Shown here piece after piece: positions 37,423 through 49,920 of a DNA stretch of 64,000 bases. The notes under the pieces are model-generated. The model did no database searches and was not told the DNA's origin. It saw nothing but the letters and a program-made list of their open reading frames with translations. Every line of letters begins with the position of its first letter. The first letter of the stretch is position 1. Position numbers and translations under genes: made by a program. Where the stretch lies: positions 1-64,000 of the forward strand of contig JABANN010000023.1 in NCBI GenBank assembly GCA_013115125.1, in the 5' to 3' direction. Source of the stretch: Perkinsus olseni (lineage: Eukaryota).

Positions 37423-40400
37423 ATGAGCACCCCTGACTCGAGGAGGGTGAAAATAGTAGTATCGCCTCTGAGTGTGCCACACTCGGCAGCTCGTCGGCCA
37501 TCCAAGGTCGATGATGGGGAAGGGCGGAAGGTGAGGGCCTCCCATCCTTCCCGAGATACCATAGGCCGTTGCTGATGTTGGTCAGACGTCCCTCGTGAGC
37601 CTGCCGGAGAAGCGAGTCCTCCAACCGAGCTCTGTAGAGAACATAGCAGAGAGCTTGTCGTCGGTATCGAAGAAGCCCTGCGTACGAGGGGGAAGCGACG
37701 CCCCACTGGAGGGAGAGAACGTCGCTGAGCTAAGGGCGGAGATTGGGAGGTTACAGGAGAGGATAGCCTGGATGGCGTCGACGGCGGGTCCAGAGGCGAA
37801 CAGTGGCCTTCGATTGGCTGACATGCAGGAGGAGCTGCGGCAGGAGAGAGAGAACAGTGGCAAACTGAAGGTAGTCGTAGTGGGGGTGGGTGGGGGTGCT
37901 GGAAGGTGGCGATAGGTCAAGATGGAGAGGTTGGAGAGGAGGGTGGCGGACTCGGATAGACTGCAAGCCGCCTTGGAGGCTGCCAGGGAAGAGGCCGGGG
38001 CCTCCAGGGAACAAGTGGCGGTAGCATGACCACAAGGCTGCGTGCGTCTAGGAGGAGGGGGCCCTTGATCAGGCCCTGGAGTTGAGGATAGCATCGTATG
38101 AGGACCATGACCGTACCTTGGCGGCCCTTACCAAGATGAATCAGGAACTAGATCAGCGGGCTACCGAGGCTGCCAAGGAGACGGAGGCTGTGAGAGAGGT
38201 AGGACCCACCTTCAGGCAAGGGGGGAGGGCAGCGGTGCCGTGGTAGGCTTATGAAGAGAAGCTGGCGTCGTTGGAGGAGGAGCTGAGGGATCTTCGAGTG
38301 AGTTCAAAGGAGTCGGACAAGGGCCTGAGGAATGAGTTCGAAGGGGCAGCGGCTGAGTCGAAGCAGCTGGCTGCACGGCTGGAGAAAGAGCAACGAGTAG
38401 TACTGGCCATGTGCCACTCGTCATTGCACTGCCCATGACTGCCTGATAGATGATGATTTTCGCAGTCTTTAATGGTGACTGTAGTAGCATTCAGCTCTTC
38501 ACTGTGACTCCTTCCCACCCTCACGGATCTTGGACGAGCCTCTCGAGAAGCCTTGGGGTCTCCTCAGGCACATGTAGAGGAGCTTGAGAGGATGGAGGCC
38601 ACGATGGCTGAGGCTAGGGAGGCCTCAGAGGAGACGGTCAGGGGCCTTACCACCGACTTGAACCATCTCAAGGCCCAGTGCGAGGACATGGACGCTAGGT
38701 TGATGGAGAAGGAAGAGGTAGTAGTGGCAGCGTAGGGAGAGGAGTATCGGAAGTGTCGGGTGCCTTTAAAGGAGCATAAGCGGAGCGTGGCGGACCTGCA
38801 GAGGTTGCTGAGAGAATCTGAGGCTCGGTTCGAAGAGGCTAGGGTGTCGCTAGCCAGGGCGGAGGCTCTCGCAGAGGTGGGCCTCTGGTCGCGGGGGATA
38901 GTGAGAAGGGAATGGATCGTTCAGAAGGAGTCTGGTATGCTCCTCGAGATGGAGGCAATGAAGGCGGCCCTGCTGGAGAAAACTGCCCGCCTTAGGCGGA
39001 GCGAAGCTGATGTTACTGCACTGCGAGCTCAGTTGGAGGCGGTGAAGGAGGACGGCGAAATGAAAGAGGAAGGAAGGAAGAGAAGGAGGACTGCCACGGT
39101 GGGTGGGCAGGGAGAGGGCAGTTGCAGTAGTACTAGATGGAATCGTAGTGTGCGGAGTTGTTGCTTCTTATGGCACCTGCGCGTTACCTCCCAAACCCTG
39201 CATGAAAGGCGGCCGCTCTGTCAACTCCTGAGCAGGCTAATCTGATAAGGAAAATGAGGGATGAGTTCACTTGTCGCCTGCGGGACCTCAGCCGCCTCGA
39301 AGCCGCAAGGATCTGCCTTCTGCCTTCAGGGTCCTGTCGACAGCGCAGCAGAGTTGGTTGACCAGTCCACAGCGACTGAGGGAGCTGAGTGGGCTCTTAT
39401 GGTCAATGCTTCGTGTAACACTACCCTGCCTGAGGAGAGGCCTCTGGCGAGTGCGGAGACACAGGAGGAGGGGAAGTGGCGGGCGGAAGTCGATAGCCTG
39501 ACCATCGCTCTGAAGAAGTGCAGAGGGAAGCTAACAGCAGCGAGGGAGGAAGGTGACAGGCTCGCAGCCCTTTTGGAGGAGGGGAAGGAGAGGGCTGAGG
39601 TGTTTATGAAACAGCGTGAGGGGGAGCGGAGAGGCATGCAGATGATGGTCGATGACCTCGAGGAGGAGCTGAGGAGGTATAAGTACAGTCTGGCTGAGAG
39701 GGAGGCTACGGAGATCACCGCGCTCGCCGAAGCTATCCTCAATGACGCCACTGGTACCGCCGTCACAATGGCAGTGGCGAGGGAGATGGGGAAGGCCAGC
39801 GAAGGACTGAGGATGGGGTTGGAGGAGGTGCGGACGAGATGGTGCGAAGAGGAGCGCCTCAGGCGCTGTGTTGAGGTAGCTAGGGGGTCCTTCCAGTAGG
39901 CTGACTCCAGTACTACTGTTATCAGGAGAGCAACAGACGGCTGGCTGCAGCGATGGAGGAAACGAGAGAAGAGGTGGTCCAGGTACTGTAGGTGCTCGTC
40001 GTAGCCCGTAGCTACCGTATTTTCTGTCAATCGCCTCCCCCAGGTCCGACGGCAGAGTGAGGATCTTAGGGGAGCCCTCGAAAGCGTGGAGCAGGAGCGG
40101 GAGCATATAGCGATGGTCGTCAGCTGGGGAGGGGTAACTGACTTCCCCATGGCTGGTGCTGGTCAGGTCAAGGCGGAGGAGGCGGTGGCGATGAATCGGC
40201 TGGACGAGGCTGTGCGGAGGCTCGAGATGGAGCGGGATGAGGTGGAGGACAAGTGGGCTGAGACGGAGGAGTCGATGCAGCGAGAAATGGAGGTGAGGGT
40301 GGCTCTGAGGGAGGATTGGGAGTGTTGTCAACCTCAGGACATGGGGGAGGAGCTAGCTCATTGGCAAGGCCGTGCGGAGGATGCGGAAGGGAGGCTGGCG

Positions 40401-43400
40401 GAGGAAGTCCAGAAGGCCGAGGAGGCTGCTGCCGCTGCTGCCAAGCGCCATGGGGAGGAGCTGCAGGTGGGGCTGGCTCATAGTCCCGGGTTGGGATGGG
40501 GAGGGGTTAGGTGTACGAGAAACAGCTTCGAGACCTGATCGAACAGATGTCCACGCTGGAGGCCTCCGCTAGTGATACGGCAAGAGGGTTGATGAGGGAG
40601 CTGGAGGCGGCCAGGCTGGAGGGCAATGATGTCAGCCAGTGCTTGATAAACCAACGACAGGTGCCGCCGCGAGTGTGCCTTACAATAGGGGAGGGGTCAG
40701 TGCATTCAGGGCTACGAGAGGATGATGGCTGAGATGGCGGAGAGGGTAGGGGAAGCAGAGGAGAAGCTTGCTGTTTCGGAGGCGACTGTGGAGGAGACGA
40801 GGGCGGAGCTGGCGGCTCGGGAAGAGGCACTGGCTGAGTTGATCCAGGTTGGGTGGATGGGGGAATACTACCGCCCATGCGGCACTCGTGTGATAGGAGA
40901 AGGAAGAGGCCGTGAAGGGCCTAGAAGAGCAGCTAGCGATCTCTAGGGGAGATGCAGTCAGGGAGGTAGGGGGTTTGGGGAAGGGGCGGGGGAGGAGATT
41001 GGGTCCTTTAGGTAGAGGAGTTGCAGAGGGCTCTGAATGAGGAGAGGGAGAGGCACTCGGAACAAGCCCAAGTGAGCCATCGGCCCCGCCGCCGCCGCTC
41101 CTGCTGCTGCTGCTTGGACTGCCCCCCCGCTCTTCACGCAGACGAGCGAGCGACACATAGATTCTTTGGAGCGGCAAGTGGAGCAGGCTAGGGTTGGTTA
41201 TGAGAAACACATAGAAGAGGTACCCAACCGGTGGGGTCCTCCGCCTCCACCGTCCATCCAAGTAGATGAAGAACTACCTGAGCGAGATGGAGAGTGAGCA
41301 CGAAGTCGAGATAGCGAGGATTGGCAAGGAGGCTATCATGGAGCACGATGAGCTCATAGAGGTGATTAGGGGAAGGAGTGGTATGGTGGTACTCCAACTT
41401 CCCTTCAGTCCTTCAATGCCCGCATAGCGCAACTACAGGAGGAGGTTGACGAAGGGAAGGCGCAGGTTGGTTGGAGGCACCACCGTCACGAGGCAGCCCT
41501 CTCTCACAGATTGAGTCGCTGAAAAAGGATTCGGCAGTACTGATGGAATCGATGAAGGAAGCAGCCCGTAGCGAAGCCACCAGAATCAGCGAGGTACCTC
41601 CCGCCTCGTCCTCGGCACTCTCATCGCCCTCCTCAGGAGTACGAGAGAAAGATAGAGACCCTGAGCACCGACCTTGCCAGTGCTCGGAAGGAGGTGAGTC
41701 TGCATCGCTTCGGTGGGCCTTTGGACGTCGTTACGTTAGCTGGCTGAGGTCCAGGAAGAGGCGACGAGTCGCATAGAAGAGGCCAGAGCGGAGGCCGAGA
41801 AGGTGAGGCAGGTTTTTTCGGGAGAGCAAGCTGCCCTTGTGTCAGAGGATTTTCGAGAGAGAGGCTGAGCATAGGGAACAGCTGCACAAGATGGAGGAGG
41901 CTGCGAGGACCCGGGTGGATGAGGTAGCGGGCTTCGTCAGGCCAGCCCATGGGGCATGGCAGCTTGTTCTTATAGAAGGACAGGGAGGCCGAGCTGGTCA
42001 GGGGAGAACTGCAGAAGACGATAGCGCGGCTGTTCGAGGAGAAGGAGGCACTCTCGGAGGTGGTGGTGGTGAGGGGAATCTTTGCTGTGCGTAATGGCAG
42101 GTGGGGCAGGTCCATGCTCGGACGGAGGCCATGTTGGAGCGACAGATGGAGGAGGTGACTTGCCGAGAGCCAGAGTCGACCTCAGGATATGTCCGCACAG
42201 GAGAGCTCGAAGGCCAGCAGCGACCGTGCGCAGCTGGTGGTCTCCAATACCGCCCTCCTAGCGGACACTAAGGCCCAGTACCAAATGGCGATAGATGAGG
42301 CGGAGGAGAGACTGAAGGGGGCGGTGGCCAGGGCTGAGAAAGCCGAACAGGAGTTAGACCAGCAGAGGACAGAAGCTGGTGGGAAGAGTGCTGTTCATGT
42401 CTGATCGGGCTGCACGCATGCACATGCTCATGCGTGCGCCGTCTCTCGGGTGTTGCCCGACACTGAGCTCCTCGTCCGAACGGCAGCTTGTTTTTTCAGA
42501 GCGGACTTTGGGCCACCTACGGTCGGACGCCGACGCTCGAGTAAAGGACCTCAGTGCAGCCCTCGAGGAGCAGAAGTAGTAGTACAGCGGCTGCGGAGAT
42601 CGATGGCCCCATGAATCGGTCAGGGCCAAGACCGCGGCTATAGAGAAGCAGGCGGCATCTATGCGGGCGGAGTTAGCTCGAGTGAAGTCCTCCATTGGTG
42701 ATGCTGTTAGGGGAGCTGAAAAGGGATGGGAGGTCGCTGTAGGCGTATCTTCGACCTTACTTGGATGCGACTACCTTCGACATTAGATACGTAACCTAGT
42801 CGAGTTGCCAGAGCGGTACAAGGCAACTTACGATGACTTCCTTCAAGCCAAGGTGCGGATAGAGGAGCTCACCAAGGAGCTGGCGGAGGGGCATAAGCAG
42901 CAGAACCGCCTCGAAGAGAGGATAAAGAGGTGGGTGACACCGCAACCATTAGAGGTGGGCGACAGTACGGTCTAGTACGGAGTACAGTACGGGTAGTACG
43001 AGTACGGCTCCGTACCCGTACTACCCGTCGCAGCGGTTCCCAAGTACCGTACTAGTACGCCGTACTTGAAGTACGGCGTAATTCAATACACGTATGCGTT
43101 ATTTAATATATTTAATACGTACTAGTTCTCCGTACCCGTACTAGGTTGACAGTTTGAAACGTACTCCGTACCGTACTTTCCTTGATCCCAGTACGGTTGC
43201 CCAACTCTAGCAACCATGACCGATGGGGTTTGCTCGTCAGGCTGCAGTCAGGGAAGCTGTCGCCGTCCGATGAGAGGACCGAGTCCACCGCGCGACAACT
43301 CCGGTACGAAATACGGCAGCTGAAGGACCAGTACGCTGACCTTGCCACGCGGAACATCGACTTCAAGAGGATGGCGGCTGAGGCGCGATGCGAGGCCGTC

Positions 43401-44114
43401 CAAAGTGCCAAGTGAGGGAGGCTCGACGTGGCGTCGGTGGGCAGGGGTGGTGGGGGTAGGTTGATTGTAACGTATAAGAGAGAGAAGGATGCGGCCGTTC
43501 TCGAGAAGGAAGAAGCCCTGGCGGGCCTGGGCAAGGCGGAGAGGAAAAGGTGGGTGGGTGCTGATAGCTAGTCGACTACTGTCCACGGTAGGGCGCCTCT
43601 GCGGACGGGAGACCCGCAAGGGCCGAAGGGGGAGAGCTCATCGCCTCCTCCTCCTCTGCCGCCAAAGCAACCGGCTAGGAGAGCGAACCCGCCTGTGAAG
43701 TCTGCTCTGAAGAAGCCTTCTCCGGAGCCAGCTGAGGGAAAGAAGAGACCACAGGCAGCAGCTGCACCGGAGAGGCGACGGGTGGGTGCTGCCTCGCTGT
43801 GTGCCTGGACATTGCGATGATCGTGCCAGGCAAAAGCGAAGCAGGAGAGAAGCCCGCCTCCATCAGCAGTGAGGATGGGAGATGGCCCGTCGGTGGAGCC
43901 GAGTGAGGGCAGCAGCAGCAGCAGCAGCTTCCGTAAGCTCACTCCGGAGAAGGCAGGAGCCAAGCGGAGTGCCGCTGCACCAATGCAAAAAGGTGGGCAG
44001 GCATTCTTCATGACGGTCGGACCGGCACCCATTCTGTTGCTGTCTGATGCATCAGACCCACTCCCGAGCAAGCGAAGGATATCGATGTCGCCAGAGGACT
44101 GCAAGCAGCAGTGA
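37423..44114 (+). CDS. Very large multi-exon coiled-coil protein with SP/TP-rich head and tail and C-terminal CaaX (CKQQ)
   Basis: Start MSTPDSRRVKIVVSPLS; dozens of E/R/A/L heptad-rich exons separated by short introns; tail RKLTPEK...PSKRRISMSPEDCKQQ*. Confidence 0.75.
42950..43209. mobile_element. hAT-superfamily-like MITE (260 bp) inserted in an intron
   Basis: 19-bp TIRs TAGAGGTGGGCGACAGTAC and (reverse complement of right end) TAGAGTTGGGCAACCGTAC, 16/19 identical. Exact 8-bp TSD GCAACCAT at 42942-42949 and 43210-43217. Internal GTAC/AGTACGG subterminal repeats. Confidence 0.92.
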
Positions 44115-44350
44115 TCATGCTGCATCCTCCACCTCCTCCTCTTCCAAGTTCATCCCTGTAAACTGTATGTAATTAATCCATCAATTGCATGAATCAACCT
44201 ACGTACACATAAGAGGGCCGATAACTCTCTTTCTACCAAACTCGCCCTCGCGTTAAGTGTGGGCCTCTGGGATCTCCACAATCGTCATCAGGCCTCCCTT
44301 TTGCCCGGACCCCTTCCCGTCCGGTATCTCAACATCACCTCCGCCAGTAG

Positions 44351-46473
44351 ATGTGCGTCGACAGCGTCGGAACAGCAGCAGCAGCAGCAGCGGCAGCCGA
44401 GGCCGCCGCCGCTGCCACGTGAGGGTTTGGTGCAATCAGGTGGGGCACTCCCGTGGTCAGGTCCTCGGACGCCACAACCGCTAAGCAGTCCGCCAACGCT
44501 ACCCATACGCGGCGAGTTGGCCTACTGTCATTGACGGCGATCGCCTACTTTAACGTCTCTGGCGGTAGGAATGCTCCCGGATCCTTCGCGAGCTTCCTGG
44601 TAGCTCCTCCTCCGACTCGCTGCCTGCTGTGCTATCAGGTCCCTTCGGTTCTGAGGACATTTTTTCTACCGGAGGCCCTCTGCTGGGCATCATTGGTATT
44701 TTCGCAGCCCTTATATTATGGTAAGACTCTGCCCTAACCGCTCGGTATCTCACCCCCCCCCTCCTAGGTCCCTTCCGATGTCCTTCATGACGGCAGAGCT
44801 GTCCAGTACCTTCCCTAGTAACGGTGGATACTCGATATGGGTGGGTCCAACATCACCACTACTACCACTCTTCCACCAACTTGCAGGTGAAAGTTGCCCT
44901 GGGCAACTTCTGGGCCTTCCAGCAGATGTACTGGTCGTGGGTAGCGGCAGCAGTAGACGCCTCCGTCTTCCCGGTAGGAGGAGGAAGGGGAGGTTGGTTG
45001 ATACCCGGTACGCTCGTCAGGTTCTCATCTACGATACAGTAGCCCATCTCACGCCCACCACCCTGGGTGCTCTCCACTGGGCTGCTGCATGGCCGATCAA
45101 GGCAGCCATCAGCGCCCTCTTGACCGTCCCCATGCTCTTCCCTATGGAGATAACGGGCTTCGGTAATCCACCTGTAACACTGACGGTGGGTCGTAAGGCT
45201 CAACTCCCAGTGGTCTAATTTATGCTACTTTCACTGCTTCAACGTCTCTCACGTTGTGATTCAGGCATGATGCTCATGACCATCTTCATTCTCCTACCAT
45301 TTGCTGTCATCGTTTTCTGGGGTCTGTTCAAGGTGATGACACTTCTCGACTTCTCGCCCTCCTTCCACCCGTCGTTCTCAGGCCGACCTCTCAGTCTTGG
45401 GGCAGACCCGACCAATTGGAGAGATAGAGTGGCTCGAGTGGGCAGTAGTCTGTTTTTGGAGGATGACCGGAGTACCACTCCATGGCAGCATCGCCCCTCT
45501 GACCACCGTGCTCAGATGAACGCGGTGTCCACTGTGGCCGGGGAGATCAAAAACCCACAGAAGACGGTCATCAGAGCCTGCCTGTGGTGCATGGTCATCG
45601 TTACTTTACAGCACATAACAGTCCTCGGCGTCGCTGCTGGGCTGGAGGGTGACAACTGGAAGGTGCGTGGGTCGAAGCAGGGAGCGCTTCCTCTCCCTGT
45701 GTTATGTTCAGAACTGGAGTGATGGGTCCCTTGCCATCATCACGAGAGACGCCTTCGGGCCCGTGATGGGGGTGTGGGTGGTCATCACAGCAGTAGTGGC
45801 GAGTGCTGGCCAGTACATGGCCGACATCCTCGAAGCCAGCTACCTCCTATTCGGTCGGGAACAGCGGCGGCATGAGCACTCGGATGCCCTTCACAGGTAT
45901 GTCGCGGTATGGCCTCACTCCCAGCTGGTTTGGGAAGGTCAACAGCCGCTTCAAGACGCCGTGGAACGGCATCTTTTTCCAACTCCTCATCGTCTCGTGT
46001 CTGGTAAGTTTATTATCATCATCCGCGCCGCACTTCTGCGCGTGTCGCCAGGTGGCAGCCGACTTTACTGCCATCCTCGCCATCAATTCGTTCGTAAGTT
46101 GCCTCGCAGCCCTCCTCCAGTTCGTCTCCTTCCTGGTCTTGAGGTGGTCTCGGCCAGAACTGGTGAGCCCTCCACCCGCCGCCCTTGCCATCATGACCCC
46201 CCTCAGGATCGGCCCTTCAAAGTCCCCATCGCGTCGTTCTGGCTCATCGCCCTTCTCACTCTGCCAGCCCTAGCCTACGGCTGTGTTGTCGCGGTCGTGA
46301 CCCTCATGCATGGGTGGCTGCCCCTTATACTGAATTCTATCATATTCTCTATCGGCCTCCTATCGGGCTACTTCGCCCTCTGGCATGCCAACAGGACTGG
46401 ACGACTGCATGACTGGGAAGTGGAGGTCGACTGCGATAACGACGACGTCCGAGCCCGTGTGCCCTCCGAGTGA
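44351..46473 (+). CDS. APC-superfamily polyamine/amino-acid transporter (PUT/RMV1/POT1-like), paralog 1
   Basis: VGLLSLTAIAYFNVSG|GPFGSED...[57 protein letters not shown]. Confidence 0.9.
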
Positions 46474-47362
46474 AGGCGTTGCGAAGATGGTGGAAGATTT
46501 CGTTTTACCACACATGCAACTGTACTTAGGAAATGTTTAGTCGCAGCACATTGACAGCTTTTGCTTGTCTGAACAGATTTTTTTGCAGGAATGTTGTTAC
46601 CTAGTGCCGCTACGCTTCGTGTAAACGATAATTTCAAGCTCATTTGTTTCGTTCGCGCAGTGATCGTAGCTTGTCCAACTCGATGGGTGACAGCCGACGC
46701 GCGTCGTGCAGAGGAACGTGGCGAATAAACCACGTACAGGAAGATGTAAACAGGAAGCTTCAATCGCACTCATTCACCCGTTGCTAATATGACCGAGTTT
46801 TTTTATAAATACCATCAACGTCAGTGGTGAATACACGCATGTACTACTGAGTAGAACCCGGCAGACTGTACGCAACAATATTTAATGCCGACAAGATCTC
46901 GTCGGAGATGGAGAGGGCTGATGTATTCTATCAGCATGCCTGGAGGCTTCAGGAGCAGCCAGTAACTGCCGCTTTAATGAACCGACTGTGATCGTAATTG
47001 CGGACGTGGATAGAAAGGAAGAGGCCGTTCATTTGTAATCGTTGAACGAACACGAAAACAGCACCCTACTACAGCGCAATCGCCACTGCGGAGGCATTAA
47101 GCTCGCGACAGTCGGTGGGGCACTCGACGCGAGACGACACCGGAGAGGGGCGATGCGGCCCTCTTCAACTATTTCCCAGAATTATTGATTATCACCCTCG
47201 AAGTATCGCAATTGACCAACGAGCAATCATCAGCAAAGATTGTGGCGAAACTGTGTGATGATTATGATGAGGAAACGTAAGAGGATTCTTCCTAGGTAAC
47301 GACATGAACAGTAATAGGCAGTAGTACTAGTATGAACACGATGATCATTACGATGGACATTG

Positions 47363-47392
<30 letters not shown>
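47363..47392 (+). repeat. (GAC)10 microsatellite
   Basis: Perfect trinucleotide run in the spacer between convergent transporter genes. Confidence 0.9.
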
Positions 47393-47393
<1 letters not shown>

Positions 47394-47592
47394 TTGGTAA
47401 GGCGTCCTCGAGTGCTACGGCCAACGAAGTGCAGGGGGGAGTAAATGGGAAGTGGTACAACAACTTTTACAACCGTTGGGAATAAATCTCCTCATTAAAT
47501 GGTAGCGGTTTAGTAATCGAGGATAAATAAAACGGAAATAAAGACATCCCACCGTTCATACCACATCTTCCCCGCTTGACTCTGATGAGCCA

Positions 47593-49710
47593 TTACACAT
47601 TCACTGCCTGAAGCGAGGTCTCGGGCTCGCCTTTGGACGGAAGCTCCTTCTCCTCGATGGCACCTTCCGCATGGGGAGAGTCGGCAGTCTCGGTACGAAC
47701 CTCTTCTTGGTCGAGACCGGCGTCGAAGCCGTCCTCCCAGTTTTGTTTTATTCCAAGCTTCTCAGAGTGTTTAACGGCAAGCCAACCTAGTGGGACGCCA
47801 AGGACTAAAACGACACAGTTGAGGATGAGGGTGAACTTGTCGGCGATGAAGGAAGCTATGACAACGAACGTGCCGAAGACAATACACGGCGAGAGAACAA
47901 CCAACAACCACCAGAAGGACTTCACCGGGATCTTGAAGGGTCTCTCCTGAGAAAAAACGGTCATGATTTTCTATTTCCGGAGGACAACCTACCAAGTCCG
48001 ACTGGGACCACCTCAGCTTGAGTAAAGCGAATAGTTCCAATAAAGCCGACAAGCAAGACATGAAAGAGTCAACGGATAAGATTGCGTTGAAATCGAAGGA
48101 TACCTGATAGAGCAGCAGCATGACAGCGCTGCGGGGGAGGGGGTGAGGTTCTCACCAGAGCGCAGATGATGACCAACTGGAAGAACATGGCAAACCACGG
48201 AGTACGGTAGTGGTGATGAAGATAACCGAACCATTTCGGGGCGAGGCCAGCACGGGCCATACCTATGAGGGAAGGACATCAAGCGAGCCGCAGCCACCGG
48301 GGGATTACCGCAAATCTGGTAGCTATCTTCGAGGAGCTCAGCTACGTACTGGCCAGCACTGCCAACGATAGCAGCAGCGACCAACCACCAACCGAACCAG
48401 TCACCGAAGGCACGTTTGGCGACTCCGGAGAGCGCACCGGCTTCCCAGTTCTGAGATCGAAAAGAACATGGAACCCCCACCGGAGGGAACGGAGACGCGA
48501 GCCCACCTGCCAGTTGTCACCATCGATGCCCGCAGCAGTAGAGAGAACAAGGAAGTACTGCAGCGTGCAGACAGCCATACACCCAAGGAGCGCTCGGATG
48601 ACGGTATAAGAGGGACGTTTGGTCTCGCCAGCCACAGTGGAAACACAGTCGACCTGATAATGACGAAGGGTAGGGGAGGGAGATGATGAGGCGAGTTATT
48701 ATTACGCCAGCCATGTTCCAGAAGCAGACGATGGCCCAATTGACCCAATCGATTTCGTTCACTGGGAGCGCCTCACCCAAGACGCTAAGATCGGCCTGAA
48801 GAGAGTAGTTGGGAAAGTGAGCAGGGAAGGAAGGAAGACATACCTTGGTGAGGCCCCAGATGATGAAGACAACGAAAGGAATGAGTACGAAGGCAGACAT
48901 TTGCAGGAGTCCTGAGGATGAGCACGCGTACGGCAGTCAACGCTGGGTGGGAATGGAGGACTCACCAACTCCTGTTATTTTGATGGAGAAGAGCATTGGT
49001 ATAGTGAAGATCACACAGATGACTGCTTTAAACAGCCAAGCCAGACCAGCTGACATGGCACCGAACGTATCCGGTGCCACACTGCTGATAGTCTGGAAAA
49101 TGATGACCTGACAGGAGGGAGGGGGGTGGGTTCCAAGTACGAAGAGGATTGTTATTACGGGATAGACAGCATTGTCTACAACGCCGCTGACCCAGGACCA
49201 GTAGGATTCCTGCACACCCCAGAACTTCCCGAAGGCGGCTTTCACCTGCACGGTATGAGAGGAATAAGGCAGATTATGGCAGTAATAGGAGGACTCACCC
49301 AAAGAGAGTAACCACCATTATACGGAAAAGCACTCGACAACTCAGCGGTCATGAACGATAAAGGTATGGACCTGAAGATACTCATGGAAGAAGCCAGTAC
49401 GATGATGCTGTTGTTGTTGTGGTATTGTTATTATTACCAACAGAATAGACCCATAACCATTCCTATGATACCCCAGAGGGGCCCACCGGCTGAATACATC
49501 TCTTCAGAGCCAAATGGGCCTCCGGAAACATTGAAGAAAGCTATGGCACCAAGCGAGAAAACCCCAATGGTCCTCAGATTAGTGAATGAACCGGGCTTGA
49601 GATCTTCGGAGGAGCTGAAAGGGAGTGGCAAGAAATCAGTTGCAGTCGGTGTTGTAGCATAAAATTTACCTAGTGGAGGGGAGTGATGCTGGAGACACTG
49701 CGCTGGTCAT
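47593..49710 (-). CDS. APC-superfamily polyamine/amino-acid transporter (PUT/RMV1-like), paralog 2
   Basis: MTSAVSPASLPST|SSEDLK...[23 protein letters not shown]...[28 protein letters not shown]...VAGETKRP...ERPFKIP. Confidence 0.92.
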
Positions 49711-49722
49711 TTTTAACGAACG

Positions 49723-49749
49723 TTAAGACGGTTCCCAGACGTAGAACAT
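49723..49749 (-). promoter_or_regulatory. Upstream ORF MFYVWEPS* in the leader of transporter paralog 2
   Basis: ATG TTC TAC GTC TGG GAA CCG TCT TAA, ending 12 nt before the main ATG (49710) and starting 12 nt downstream of a pyrimidine-tract/CAG acceptor (49762-49764). Confidence 0.8.
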
Positions 49750-49920
49750 GCACGATCAATGCTGAAAGAAAAAGGATAACGATGATAGTATTCCCCATAC
49801 CACACCTTCCCGAACACATCCCAAAACTGAGGGTCGGGAAACCGAAGAAAACGATGATGAGCGGGACTGGTAGATAAGCGAACAGAGCCCGTGAAACTGA
49901 CGACGTGTAGAAGATACTCC

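Noticed and set aside
39326-41261. Long minus-strand ORFs over the coiled-coil gene
   Set aside because: S/L/P-rich antisense shadows of GAG/GCG-rich heptad coding sequence.
42961-43195. CRISPR-like or satellite interpretation of the GTAC-rich repeats
   Set aside because: No constant repeat-spacer periodicity, eukaryotic context, and fully explained as MITE subterminal repeats.
49711-49749. Stop-codon readthrough from the uORF into the transporter CDS
   Set aside because: In frame in paralog 2, but paralog 3 has a second in-frame TAA in the spacer, so a conserved N-terminal extension is not supported.
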